A stretch of DNA of 64,000 bases from Eledone cirrhosa. Lineage: Eukaryota. The position numbers were made by a program, and so were the translations under genes. The notes under the pieces were generated by a model. The model was given only the letters and a program-made list of their open reading frames with translations, was not told where the DNA came from and did no database searches. This document shows, one piece after another, positions 1 to 15,000 of this stretch (positions are counted from its first letter, which is position 1; each line of letters begins with the position of its first letter). Location: the NCBI GenBank assembly GCA_964016885.1, contig OZ024743.1, positions 356,376,001 through 356,440,000 on the forward strand, read 5' to 3'.

Positions 1-3000
1 AATTGGGATTAGAGCATTAAGGTTTCTCTGTGGTCAGACAATAGACATAATTGGGTTTAGAGCATAAAGGTTTCTCTGTGGTCAGACAATAGACATAATT
101 GGGGTTAGAGCATAAAGGTTTCTCTGTGGTCAGACGATAGAAATAATTGGGGTCAGAGCATAAAGGTTTCTCTGTGGTCAGACAATAGACATAATTGGGG
201 TTAGAGCATAAAGGTTTCTCTGTGGTCAGACAATAGACAGAATTGGGGTTAGAGCATAAAGGTTTCTCTGTGGTCAGACGATAGACATAATTGGAGTTAG
301 AGCATAAAGGTTTCTCTGTGGCCAGACAATAGACATAATTGGGGTTAGAGCATAAAGGTTTCTCTGTGGTCAGACGATAGACATAATTGGGGTTAGAGCA
401 TAAAGGTTTCTCTGTGGTCAGACAATAGACATAATTGGGGTTAGAGCATAAAGGTTTCTCTGTGGTCAGACAATAGACATAATTGGGGTTAGAGCATAAA
501 GATTTCTCTGTGGCCAGACAGTAGACATAATTGGGGTTAGAGCATAAAGGTTTCTCTGTGGTCAGACGATAGACATAATTGGGGTTAGAGCATAAAGGTT
601 TCTCTGTGGTCAGACAATAGACATAATTGGGGTTAGAGCATAAAGGTTTCTCTGTGGTCAGACGATAGACATAATTGGGGTTAGAGCATAAAGGTTTCTC
701 TGTGGCCAGACGATAGACATAATTGGGGTTAGAGCATAAAGGTTTCTCTGTGGTCAGACAATAGACATAATTGGGGTTAGAGCATAAAGGTTTCTCTGTG
801 GTCAGACGATAGACATAATTGGGTTTAGAGCATAAAGGTTTCTCTGTGGTCAGACGATAGACATAATTGGGGTTAGAGCATAAAGGTTTCTCTGTGGTCA
901 GACGATAGACATAATTGGGGTTAGAGCATAAAGGTTTCTCTCTGGTCAGACGATAGACATAATTGGGGTTAGAGCATAAAGGTTTCTCTGTGGTCAGACG
1001 ATAGACATAATTGGGGTTAGAGCATAAAGGTTTCTCTGTGGTCAGACAATAGACATAATTGGGGTTAGAGCATAAAGGTTTCTCTGTTGTCAGACAATAG
1101 ACATAATTGGGGTTAGAGCATAAAGGTTTCTCTGTGGTCAGACGATAGACATAAATGGGGTTAGAGCATAAAGGTTTCTCTGTGGTCAGACGATAGACAT
1201 AATTGGGTTTAGAGCATAAAGGTTTCTCTGTGGTCAGACGATAGACATAATTGGGGTTAGAGCATAAAGGTTTCTCTGTGGTCAGACGATAGACATAATT
1301 GGGGTTAGAGCATAAAGGTTTCTCTCTGGTCAGACGATAGACATAATTGGGGTTAGAGCATAAAGGTTTCTCTGTGGTCAGACGATAGACATAATTGGGG
1401 TTAGAGCATAAAGGTTTCTCTGTGGTCAGACAATAGACATAATTGGGGTTAGAGCATAAAGGTTTCTCTGTGGTCAGACAATAGACATAATTGGGGTTAG
1501 AGCATAAAGGTTTCTCTGTGGTCAGACGATAGACATAATTGGGGTTAGAGCATAAAGGTTTCTCTGTGGCCAGACAATAGACATAATTGGGGTTAGAGCA
1601 TAAAGGTTTCTCTGTGGTCAGACGATAGACATAATTGGGGTTAGAGCGTAAAGGTTTCTCTGTGGTCAGACAATAGACATAATTGGGGTTAGAGCATAAA
1701 GGTTTCTCTGTGGCCAGACAATAGACATAATTGGGGTTAGAGCATAAAGGATTCTCTGTGGTCAGACAATAGACATAATTGGGGTTAGAGCATAAATGTT
1801 TCTCTGTGGTCAGACAATAGACATAATTGGGGTTAGAGCATAAAGGTTTCTCTGTGGTCAGACCATAGACATAATTGGGGTTAGAGCATAAAGGTTTCTC
1901 TGTGGCCAGACGATAGACATAATTGGGGTTAGAGCATAAAGGTTTCTCTGTGGTCAGACAATAGACATAATTGGGGTTAGAGCATAAAGGTTTCTCTGTG
2001 GTCAGACGATAGACATAATTGGGTTTAGAGCATAAAGGTTTCTCTGTGGTCAGACGATAGACATAATTGGGATTAGAGCATAAAGGTTTCTCTGTGGTCA
2101 GACAATAGACATAATTGGGGTTAGAGCATAAAGGTTTCTCTGTGGTCAGACGATAGACATAATTGGGGTTAGAGCATAAAGGTTTCTCTTTGGTCAGACA
2201 ATAGACATAATTGGGGTTAGAGCATAAAGGTTTCTCTGTGGTCAGACAATAGACATAATTGGGGTTAGAGCATAAAGGTTTCTCTGTGGTCAGACGATAG
2301 ACATAATTGGGGTTAGAACATAAAGGTTTCTCTGTGGCCAGACGATAGACATAATTGGGGTTAGAGCATAAAGGTTTCTCTGTGGTCAGACGATAGACAT
2401 AATTGGGGTTAGAGCATAAAGGTTTCTCTGTGGTCAGACGATAGACATAATTGGGTTTAGAGCATACAGCTTTCTCTGTGGTCAGACGATAGACATAATT
2501 GGGGTTAGAGCATAAAGGTTTCTCTGTGGCCAGACAATAGACATAATTGGGGTTAGAGCATAAAGGTTTCTCTGTGGTCAGACGATAGACATAATTGGGT
2601 TTAGAGCATAAAGGTTTCTCTGTGGTCAGACGATAGACATAATTGGGGTTAGAGCATAAAGGTTTCTCTGTGGTCAGACGATAGACATGATTGGGGTTAG
2701 AGCATAAAGGTTTCTCTCTGGTCAGACGATAGACATAATTGGGGTTAGAGCATAAAGGTTTCTCTGTGGTCAGACGATAGACATAATTGGGGTTAGAGCA
2801 TAAAGGTTTCTCTGTGGTCAGACAATAGACATAATTGGGGTTAGAGCATAAAGGTTTCTCTGTGGTCAGACAATAGACATAATTGGGGTTAGAGCATAAA
2901 GGTTTCTCTGTGGTCAGACGATAGACATAATTGGGGTTAGAGCATAAAGGTTTCTCTGTGGCCAGACAATAGACATAATTGGGGTTAGAGCATAAAGGTT

Positions 3001-6000
3001 TCTCTGTGGTCAGACGATAGACATAATTGGGTTTAGAGCATAAAGGTTTCTCTGTGGTCAGACGATAGACATAATTGGGGTTAGAGCATAAAGGTTTCTC
3101 TGTGGTCAGACGATAGACATAATTGGGGTTAGAGCATAAAGGTTTCTCTGTGGTCAGACGATAGACATAATTGGGGTTAGAGCATAAAGGTTTCTCTTTG
3201 GTCAGACAATAGACATAATTGGGGTTAGAGCATAAAGGTTTCTCTGTGGTCAGACAATAGACATAATTGGGGTTAGAGCATAAAGGTTTCTCTGTGGTCA
3301 GACGATAGACATAATTGGGGTTAGAGCGTAAAGGTTTCTCTGTGGTCAGACAATAGACATAATTGGGGTTAGAGCATAAAGGTTTCTCTGTGGCCAGACA
3401 ATAGACATAATTGGGGTTAGAGCATAAAGGTTTCTCTGTGGTCAGACAATAGACATAATTGGGGTTAGAGCATAAAGGTTTCTCTGTGGTCAGACAATAG
3501 ACATAATTGGGGTTAGAGCATAAAGGTTTCTCTGTGGTCAGACGATAGACATAATTGGGGTTAGAGCATAAAGGTTTCTCTGTGGCCAGACGATAGACAT
3601 AATTGGGGTTAGAGCATAAAGGTTTCTCTGTGGTCAGACAATAGACATAATTGGGGTTAGAGCATAAAGGTTTCTCTGTGGTCAGACGATAGACATAATT
3701 GGGTTTAGAGCATAAAGGTTTCTCTGTGGTCAGACGATAGACATAATTGGGGTTAGAGCATAAAGGTTTCTCTGTGGTCAGACAATAGACATAATTGGGG
3801 TTAGAGCATAAAGGTTTCTCTGTGGTCAGACGATAGACATAATTGGGGTTAGAGCATAAAGGTTTCTCTTTGGTCAGACAATAGACATAATTGGGGTTAG
3901 AGCATAAAGGTTTCTCTGTGGTCAGACAATAGACATAATTGGGGTTAGAGCATAAAGGTTTCTCTGTGGTCAGACGATAGACATAATTGGGGTTAGAACA
4001 TAAAGGTTTCTCTGTGGCCAGACGATAGACATAATTGGGGTTAGAGCATAAAGGTTTCTCTGTGGTCAGACGATAGACATAATTGGGGTTAGAGCATAAA
4101 GGTTTCTCTGTGGTCAGACGATAGACATAATTGGGTTTAGAGCATACAGCTTTCTCTGTGGTCAGACGATAGACATAATTGGGGTTAGAGCATAAAGGTT
4201 TCTCTGTGGTCAGACGATAGACATAATTGGGGTTAGAGCATAAAGGTTTCTCTCTGGTCAGACGATAGACATAATTGGGGCTAGAGCATAAAGGTTTCTC
4301 TGTGGTCAGACGATAGACATAATTGGGGTTCGAGCATAAAGATTTCTCTCTGGTCAGACGATAGACATAATTGGGGTTAGAGCATAAAGGTTTCTCTGTG
4401 GTCAGACAATAGACATAATTGGGGTTAGAGCATAAAGGTTTCTCTGTGGTCAGACGATAGACATAATTGGGGTTAGAGCATAAAGGTTTCTCTGTGGCCA
4501 GACAATAGACATAATTGGGGTTAGAGCATAAAGGTTTCTCTGTGGTCAGACGATAGACATAATTGGGTTTAGAGCATAAAGGTTTCTCTGTGGTCAGACG
4601 ATAGACATAATTGGGGTTAGAGCATAAAGGTTTCTCTGTGGTCAGACGATAGACATGATTGGGGTTAGAGCATAAAGGTTTCTCTCTGGTCAGACGATAG
4701 ACATAATTGGGGTTAGAGCATAAAGGTTTCTCTGTGGTCAGACGATAGACATAATTGGGGTTAGAGCATAAAGGTTTCTCTGTGGTCAGACGATAGACAT
4801 AATTGGGGTTAGAGCATAAAGGTTTCTCTTTGGTCAGACAATAGACATAATTGGGGTTAGAGCATAAAGGTTTCTCTGTGGTCAGACAATAGACATAATT
4901 GGGGTTAGAGCATAAAGGTTTCTCTGTGGTCAGACGATAGACATAATTGGGGTTAGAGCGTAAAGGTTTCTCTGTGGTCAGACAATAGACATAATTGGGG
5001 TTAGAGCATAAAGGTTTCTCTGTGGCCAGACAATAGACATAATTGGGGTTAGAGCATAAATGTTTCTCTGTGGTCAGACAATAGACATAATTGGGGTTAG
5101 AGCATAAAGGTTTCTCTGTGGTCAGACAATAGACATAATTGGGGTTAGAGCATAAAGGTTTCTCTGTGGTCAGACGATAGACATAATTGGGGTTAGAGCA
5201 TAAAGGTTTCTCTGTGGCCAGACGATAGACATAATTGGGGTTAGAGCATAAAGGTTTCTCTGTGGTCAGACAATAGACATAATTGGGGTTAGAGCATAAA
5301 GGTTTCTCTGTGGTCAGACGATAGACATAATTGGGTTTAGAGCATAAAGGTTTCTCTGTGGTCAGACGATAGACATAATTGGGGTTAGAGCATAAAGGTT
5401 TCTCTGTGGTCAGACAATAGACATAATTGGGGTTAGAGCATAAAGGTTTCTCTGTTGTCAGACAATAGACATAATTGGGGTTAGAGCATAAAGGTTTCTC
5501 TGTGGTCAGACGATAGACATAAATGGGGTTAGAGCATAAAGGTTTCTCTGTGGTCAGACGATAGACATAATTGGGTTTAGAGCATAAAGGTTTCTCTGTG
5601 GTCAGACGATAGACATAATTGGGGTTAGAGCATAAAGGTTTCTCTGTGGTCAGACGATAGACATAATTGGGGTTAGAGCATAAAGGTTTCTCTCTGGTCA
5701 GACGATAGACATAATTGGGGTTAGAGCATAAAGGTTTCTCTGTGGTCAGACGATAGACATAATTGGGGTTAGAGCATAAAGGTTTCTCTGTGGTCAGACA
5801 ATAGACATAATTGGGGTTAGAGCATAAAGGTTTCTCTGTGGTCAGACAATAGACATAATTGGGGTTAGAGCATAAAGGTTTCTCTGTGGTCAGACGATAG
5901 ACATAATTGGGGTTAGAGCATAAAGGTTTCTCTGTGGCCAGACAATAGACATAATTGGGGTTAGAGCATAAAGGTTTCTCTGTGGTCAGACGATAGACAT

Positions 6001-9000
6001 AATTGGGGTTAGAGCGTAAAGGTTTCTCTGTGGTCAGACAATAGACATAATTGGGGTTAGAGCATAAAGGTTTCTCTGTGGCCAGACAATAGACATAATT
6101 GGGGTTAGAGCATAAAGGATTCTCTGTGGTCAGACAATAGACATAATTGGGGTTAGAGCATAAATGTTTCTCTGTGGTCAGACAATAGACATAATTGGGG
6201 TTAGAGCATAAAGGTTTCTCTGTGGTCAGACGATAGACATAATTGGGTTTAGAGCATAAAGGTTTCTCTGTGGTCAGACGATAGACATAATTGGGATTAG
6301 AGCATAAAGGTTTCTCTGTGGTCAGACAATAGACATAATTGGGGTTAGAGCATAAAGGTTTCTCTGTGGTCAGACGATAGACATAATTGGGGTTAGAGCA
6401 TAAAGGTTTCTCTTTGGTCAGACAATAGACATAATTGGGGTTAGAGCATAAAGGTTTCTCTGTGGTCAGACAATAGACATAATTGGGGTTAGAGCATAAA
6501 GGTTTCTCTGTGGTCAGACGATAGACATAATTGGGGTTAGAACATAAAGGTTTCTCTGTGGCCAGACGATAGACATAATTGGGGTTAGAGCATAAAGGTT
6601 TCTCTGTGGTCAGACGATAGACATAATTGGGGTTAGAGCATAAAGGTTTCTCTGTGGTCAGACGATAGACATAATTGGGTTTAGAGCATACAGCTTTCTC
6701 TGTGGTCAGACGATAGACATAATTGGGGTTAGAGCATAAAGGTTTCTCTGTGGCCAGACAATAGACATAATTGGGGTTAGAGCATAAAGGTTTCTCTGTG
6801 GTCAGACGATAGACATAATTGGGTTTAGAGCATAAAGGTTTCTCTGTGGTCAGACGATAGACATAATTGGGGTTAGAGCATAAAGGTTTCTCTGTGGTCA
6901 GACGATAGACATGATTGGGGTTAGAGCATAAAGGTTTCTCTCTGGTCAGACGATAGACATAATTGGGGTTAGAGCATAAAGGTTTCTCTCTGGTCAGACG
7001 ATAGACATAATTGGGGTTAGAGCATAAAGGTTTCTCTGTGGTCAGACAATAGACATAATTGGGGTTAGAGCATAAAGGTTTCTCTGTGGTCAGACAATAG
7101 ACATAATTGGGGTTAGAGCATAAAGGTTTCTTTGTGGTCAGACGATAGACATAATTGGGGTTAGAGCATAAAGGTTTCTCTTTGGTCAGACAATAGACAT
7201 AATTGGGGTTAGAGCATAAAGGTTTCTCTGTGGTCAGACGATAGACATAATTGGGGTTAGAGCATAAAGGTTTCTCTGTGGTCAGACGATAGACATAATT
7301 GGGGTTAGAGCATAAAGGTTTCTCTGTGGTCAGACGATAGACATAATTGGGGTTAGAGCATAAAGGTTTCTCTTTGGTCAGACAATAGACATAATTGGGG
7401 TTAGAGCATAAAGGTTTCTCTGTGGTCAGACAATAGACATAATTGGGGTTAGAGCATAAAGGTTTCTCTGTGGTCAGACGATAGACATAATTGGGGTTAG
7501 AGCGTAAAGGTTTCTCTGTGGTCAGACAATAGACATAATTGGGGTTAGAGCATAAAGGTTTCTCTGTGGCCAGACAATAGACATAATTGGGGTTAGAGCA
7601 TAAAGGTTTCTCTGTGGTCAGACAATAGACATAATTGGGGTTAGAGCATAAAGGTTTCTCTGTGGTCAGACAATAGACATAATTGGGGTTAGAGCATAAA
7701 GGTTTCTCTGTGGTCAGACGATAGACATAATTGGGGTTAGAGCATAAAGGTTTCTCTGTGGCCAGACGATAGACATAATTGGGGTTAGAGCATAAAGGTT
7801 TCTCTGTGGTCAGACAATAGACATAATTGGGGTTAGAGCATAAAGGTTTCTCTGTGGTCAGACGATAGACATAATTGGGTTTAGAGCATAAAGGTTTCTC
7901 TGTGGTCAGACGATAGACATAATTGGGGTTAGAGCATAAAGGTTTCTCTGTGGTCAGACAATAGACATAATTGGGGTTAGAGCATAAAGGTTTCTCTGTG
8001 GTCAGACGATAGACATAATTGGGGTTAGAGCATAAAGGTTTCTCTTTGGTCAGACAATAGACATAATTGGGGTTAGAGCATAAAGGTTTCTCTGTGGTCA
8101 GACAATAGACATAATTGGGGTTAGAGCATAAAGGTTTCTCTGTGGTCAGACGATAGACATAATTGGGGTTAGAACATAAAGGTTTCTCTGTGGCCAGACG
8201 ATAGACATAATTGGGGTTAGAGCATAAAGGTTTCTCTGTGGTCAGACGATAGACATAATTGGGGTTAGAGCATAAAGGTTTCTCTGTGGTCAGACGATAG
8301 ACATAATTGGGTTTAGAGCATACAGCTTTCTCTGTGGTCAGACGATAGACATAATTGGGGTTAGAGCATAAAGGTTTCTCTGTGGTCAGACGATAGACAT
8401 AATTGGGGTTAGAGCATAAAGGTTTCTCTCTGGTCAGACGATAGACATAATTGGGGCTAGAGCATAAAGGTTTCTCTGTGGTCAGACGATAGACATAATT
8501 GGGGTTCGAGCATAAAGATTTCTCTCTGGTCAGACGATAGACATAATTGGGGTTAGAGCATAAAGGTTTCTCTGTGGTCAGACAATAGACATAATTGGGG
8601 TTAGAGCATAAAGGTTTCTCTGTGGTCAGACGATAGACATAATTGGGGTTAGAGCATAAAGGTTTCTCTGTGGCCAGACAATAGACATAATTGGGGTTAG
8701 AGCATAAAGGTTTCTCTGTGGTCAGACGATAGACATAATTGGGTTTAGAGCATAAAGGTTTCTCTGTGGTCAGACGATAGACATAATTGGGGTTAGAGCA
8801 TAAAGGTTTCTCTGTGGTCAGACGATAGACATGATTGGGGTTAGAGCATAAAGGTTTCTCTCTGGTCAGACGATAGACATAATTGGGGTTAGAGCATAAA
8901 GGTTTCTCTGTGGTCAGACGATAGACATAATTGGGGTTAGAGCATAAAGGTTTCTCTGTGGTCAGACGATAGACATAATTGGGGTTAGAGCATAAAGGTT

Positions 9001-12000
9001 TCTCTTTGGTCAGACAATAGACATAATTGGGGTTAGAGCATAAAGGTTTCTCTGTGGTCAGACAATAGACATAATTGGGGTTAGAGCATAAAGGTTTCTC
9101 TGTGGTCAGACGATAGACATAATTGGGGTTAGAGCGTAAAGGTTTCTCTGTGGTCAGACAATAGACATAATTGGGGTTAGAGCATAAAGGTTTCTCTGTG
9201 GCCAGACAATAGACATAATTGGGGTTAGAGCATAAATGTTTCTCTGTGGTCAGACAATAGACATAATTGGGGTTAGAGCATAAAGGTTTCTCTGTGGTCA
9301 GACAATAGACATAATTGGGGTTAGAGCATAAAGGTTTCTCTGTGGTCAGACGATAGACATAATTGGGGTTAGAGCATAAAGGTTTCTCTGTGGCCAGACG
9401 ATAGACATAATTGGGGTTAGAGCATAAAGGTTTCTCTGTGGTCAGACAATAGACATAATTGGGGTTAGAGCATAAAGGTTTCTCTGTGGTCAGACGATAG
9501 ACATAATTGGGTTTAGAGCATAAAGGTTTCTCTGTGGTCAGACGATAGACATAATTGGGGTTAGAGCATAAAGGTTTCTCTGTGGTCAGACAATAGACAT
9601 AATTGGGGTTAGAGCATAAAGGTTTCTCTGTGGTCAGACGATAGACATAATTGGGGTTAGAGCATAAAGGTTTCTCTTTGGTCAGACAATAGACATAATT
9701 GGGGTTAGAGCATAAAGGTTTCTCTGTGGTCAGACAATAGACATAATTGGGGTTAGAGCATAAAGGTTTCTCTGTGGTCAGACGATAGACATAATTGGGG
9801 TTAGAACATAAAGGTTTCTCTGTGGCCAGACGATAGACATAATTGGGGTTAGAGCATAAAGGTTTCTCTGTGGTCAGACGATAGACATAATTGGGGTTAG
9901 AGCATAAAGGTTTCTCTGTGGTCAGACGATAGACATAATTGGGTTTAGAGCATACAGCTTTCTCTGTGGTCAGACGATAGACATAATTGGGGTTAGAGCA
10001 TAAAGGTTTCTCTGTGGTCAGACGATAGACATAATTGGGGTTAGAGCATAAAGGTTTCTCTCTGGTCAGACGATAGACATAATTGGGGTTAGAGCATAAA
10101 GGTTTCTCTGTGGTCAGACGATAGACATAATTGGGGTTAGAGCATAAAGGTTTCTCTGTGGTCAGACAATAGACATAATTGGGGTTCGAGCATAAAGATT
10201 TCTCTCTGGTCAGACGATAGACATAATTGGGGTTAGAGCATAAAGGTTTCTCTGTGGTCAGACAATAGACATAATTGGGGTTAGAGCATAAAGGTTTCTC
10301 TGTGGTCAGACGATAGACATAATTGGGGTTAGAGCATAAAGGTTTCTCTGTGGCCAGACAATAGACATAATTGGGGTTAGAGCATAAAGGTTTCTCTGTG
10401 GTCAGACGATAGACATAATTGGGTTTAGAGCATAAAGGTTTCTCTGTGGTCAGACGATAGACATAATTGGGGTTAGAGCATAAAGGTTTCTCTGTGGTCA
10501 GACGATAGACATAATTGGGGTTAGAGCATAAAGGTTTCTCTCTGGTCAGACGATAGACATAATTGGGGTTAGAGCATAAAGGTTTCTCTGTGGTCAGACG
10601 ATAGACATAATTGGGGTTAGAGCATAAAGGTTTCTCTGTGGTCAGACAATAGACATAATTGGGGTTAGAGCATAAAGGTTTCTCTGTGGTCAGACAATAG
10701 ACATAATTGGGGTTAGAGCATAAAGGTTTCTCTGTGGTCAGACGATAGACATAATTGGGGTTAGAGCATAAAGGTTTCTCTGTGGCCAGACAATAGACAT
10801 AATTGGGGTTAGAGCATAAAGGTTTCTCTGTGGTCAGACGATAGACATAATTGGGTTTAGAGCATAAAGGTTTCTCTGTGGTCAGACGATAGACATAATT
10901 GGGGTTAGAGCATAAAGGTTTCTCTGTGGTCAGACGATAGACATAATTGGGGTTAGAGCATAAAGGTTTCTCTGTGGTCAGACGATAGACATAATTGGGG
11001 TTAGAGCATAAAGGTTTCTCTTTGGTCAGACAATAGACATAATTGGGGTTAGAGCATAAAGGTTTCTCTGTGGTCAGACAATAGACATAATTGGGGTTAG
11101 AGCATAAAGGTTTCTCTGTGGTCAGACGATAGACATAATTGGGGTTAGAACATAAAGGTTTCTCTGTGGCCAGACGATAGACATAATTGGGGTTAGAGCA
11201 TAAAGGTTTCTCTGTGGTCAGACAATAGACATAATTGGGGTTAGAGCATAAAGGTTTCTCTGTGGTCAGACGATAGACATAATTGGGTTTAGAGCATACA
11301 GCTTTCTCTGTGGTCAGACGATAGACATAATTGGGGTTAGAGCATAAAGGTTTCTCTGTGGTCAGACGATAGACATAATTGGGGTTAGAGCATAAAGGTT
11401 TCTCTCTGGTCAGACGATAGACATAATTGGGGTTAGAGCATAAAGGTTTCTCTGTGGTCAGACGATAGACATAATTGGGGTTAGAGCATAAAGGTTTCTC
11501 TGTGGTCAGACAATAGACATAATTGGGGTTCGAGCATAAAGATTTCTCTCTGGTCAGACGATAGACATAATTGGGGTTAGAGCATAAAGGTTTCTCTGTG
11601 GTCAGACAATAGACATAATTGGGGTTAGAGCATAAAGGTTTCTCTGTGGTCAGACGATAGACATAATTGGGGTTAGAGCATAAAGGTTTCTCTTTGGTCA
11701 GACAATAGACATAATTGGGGTTAGAGCATAAAGGTTTCTCTGTGGTCAGACAATAGACATAATTGGGTTAGAGCATAAAGGTTTCTCTGTGGTCAGACGA
11801 TAGACATAATTGGGGTTAGAACATAAAGGTTTCTCTGTGGCCAGACGATAGACATAATTGGGGTTAGAGCATAAAGGTTTCTCTGTGGTCAGATGATAGA
11901 CATAATTGGGGTTAGAGCATAAAGCTTTCTCTGTGGTCAGACGATAGACATAATTGGGTTTAGAGCATACAGCTTTCTCTGTGGTCAGACGATAGACATA

Positions 12001-15000
12001 ATTGGGGTTAGAGCATAAAGGTTTCTCTGTGGTCAGACGATAGACATAATTGGGGTTAGAGCATAAAGGTTTCTCTCTGGTCAGACGATAGACATAATTG
12101 GGGTTAGAGCATAAAGGTTTCTCTGTGGTCAGACGATAGACATAATTGGGGTTAGAGCATAAAGGTTTCTCTGTGGCCAGACAATAGACATAATTGGGGT
12201 TAGAGCATAAAGGTTTCTCTGTGGTCAGACGATAGACATAATTGGGTTTAGAGCATAAAGGTTTCTCTGTGGTCAGACGATAGACATAATTGGGGTTAGA
12301 GCATAAAGGTTTCTCTCTGGTCAGACGATAGACATAATTGGGGTTAGAGCATAAAGGTTTCTCTGTGGTCAGACGATAGACATAATTGGGGTTAGAGCAT
12401 AAAGGTTTCTCTGTGGCCAGACAATAGACATAATTGGGGTTAGAGCATAAAGGTTTCTCTGTGGTCAGACGATAGACATAATTGGGTTTAGAGCATAAAG
12501 GTTTCTCTGTGGTCAGACGATAGACATAATTGGGGTTAGAGCATAAAGGTTTCTCTGTGGTCAGACGATAGACATAATTGGGGTTAGAGCATAAAGGTTT
12601 CTCTGTGGTCAGACGATAGACATAATTGGGGTTAGAGCATAAAGGTTTCTCTTTGGTCAGACAATAGACATAATTGGGGTTAGAGCATAAAGGTTTCTCT
12701 GTGGTCAGACAATAGACATAATTGGGGTTAGAGCATAAAGGTTTCTCTGTGGTCAGACGATAGACATAATTGGGGTTAGAACATAAAGGTTTCTCTGTGG
12801 CCAGACGATAGACATAATTGGGGTTAGAGCATAAAGGTTTCTCTGTGGTCAGACAATAGACATAATTGGGGTTAGAGCATAAAGGTTTCTCTGTGGTCAG
12901 ACGATAGACATAATTGGGGTTAGAGCATAAAGGTTTCTCTGTGGTCAGACAATAGACATAATTGGGGTTAGAGCATAAAGGTTTCTCTGTGGTCAGACAA
13001 TAGACATAATTGGGGTTAGAGCATAAAGGTTTCTCTGTGGTCAGACGATAGACATAATTGGGGTTAGAGCATAAAGGTTTCTCTGTGGCCAGACAATAGA
13101 CATAATTGGGGTTAGAGCATAAAGGTTTCTCTGTGGTCAGACGATAGACATAATTGGGTTTAGAGCATAAAGGTTTCTCTGTGGTCAGACGATAGACATA
13201 ATTGGGGTTAGAGCATAAAGGTTTCTCTGTGGTCAGACGATAGACATAATTGGGGTTAGAGCATAAAGGTTTCTCTGTGGTCAGACGATAGACATAATTG
13301 GGGTTAGAGCATAAAGGTTTCTCTTTGGTCAGACAATAGACATAATTGGGGTTAGAGCATAAAGGTTTCTCTGTGGTCAGACAATAGACATAATTGGGGT
13401 TAGAGCATAAAGGTTTCTCTGTGGTCAGACGATAGACATAATTGGGGTTAGAACATAAAGGTTTCTCTGTGGCCAGACGATAGACATAATTGGGGTTAGA
13501 GCATAAAGGTTTCTCTGTGGTCAGACAATAGACATAATTGGGGTTAGAGCATAAAGGTTTCTCTGTGGTCAGACGATAGACATAATTGGGTTTAGAGCAT
13601 ACAGCTTTCTCTGTGGTCAGACGATAGACATAATTGGGGTTAGAGCATAAAGGTTTCTCTGTGGTCAGACGATAGACATAATTGGGGTTAGAGCATAAAG
13701 GTTTCTCTCTGGTCAGACGATAGACATAATTGGGGTTAGAGCATAAAGGTTTCTCTGTGGTCAGACGATAGACATAATTGGGGTTAGAGCATAAAGGTTT
13801 CTCTGTGGTCAGACAATAGACATAATTGGGGTTCGAGCATAAAGATTTCTCTCTGGTCAGACGATAGACATAATTGGGGTTAGAGCATAAAGGTTTCTCT
13901 GTGGTCAGACAATAGACATAATTGGGGTTAGAGCATAAAGGTTTCTCTGTGGTCAGACGATAGACATAATTGGGGTTAGAGCATAAAGGTTTCTCTTTGG
14001 TCAGACAATAGACATAATTGGGGTTAGAGCATAAAGGTTTCTCTGTGGTCAGACAATAGACATAATTGGGTTAGAGCATAAAGGTTTCTCTGTGGTCAGA
14101 CGATAGACATAATTGGGGTTAGAACATAAAGGTTTCTCTGTGGCCAGACGATAGACATAATTGGGGTTAGAGCATAAAGGTTTCTCTGTGGTCAGATGAT
14201 AGACATAATTGGGGTTAGAGCATAAAGGTTTCTCTGTGGTCAGACGATAGACATAATTGGGTTTAGAGCATACAGCTTTCTCTGTGGTCAGACGATAGAC
14301 ATAATTGGGGTTAGAGCATAAAGGTTTCTCTGTGGTCAGACGATAGACATAATTGGGGTTAGAGCATAAAGGTTTCTCTCTGGTCAGACGATAGACATAA
14401 TTGGGGTTAGAGCATAAAGGTTTCTCTGTGGTCAGACGATAGACATAATTGGGGTTAGAGCATAAAGGTTTCTCTGTGGCCAGACAATAGACATAATTGG
14501 GGTTAGAGCATAAAGGTTTCTCTGTGGTCAGACGATAGACATAATTGGGTTTAGAGCATAAAGGTTTCTCTGTGGTCAGACGATAGACATAATTGGGGTT
14601 AGAGCATAAAGGTTTCTCTCTGGTCAGACGATAGACATAATTGGGGTTAGAGCATAAAGGTTTCTCTGTGGTCAGACGATAGACATAATTGGGGTTAGAG
14701 CATAAAGGTTTCTCTGTGGCCAGACAATAGACATAATTGGGGTTAGAGCATAAAGGTTTCTCTGTGGTCAGACGATAGACATAATTGGGTTTAGAGCATA
14801 AAGGTTTCTCTGTGGTCAGACGATAGACATAATTGGGGTTAGAGCATAAAGGTTTCTCTGTGGTCAGACGATAGACATAATTGGGGTTAGAGCATAAAGG
14901 TTTCTCTGTGGTCAGACGATAGACATAATTGGGGTTAGAGCATAAAGGTTTCTCTTTGGTCAGACAATAGACATAATTGGGGTTAGAGCATAAAGGTTTC

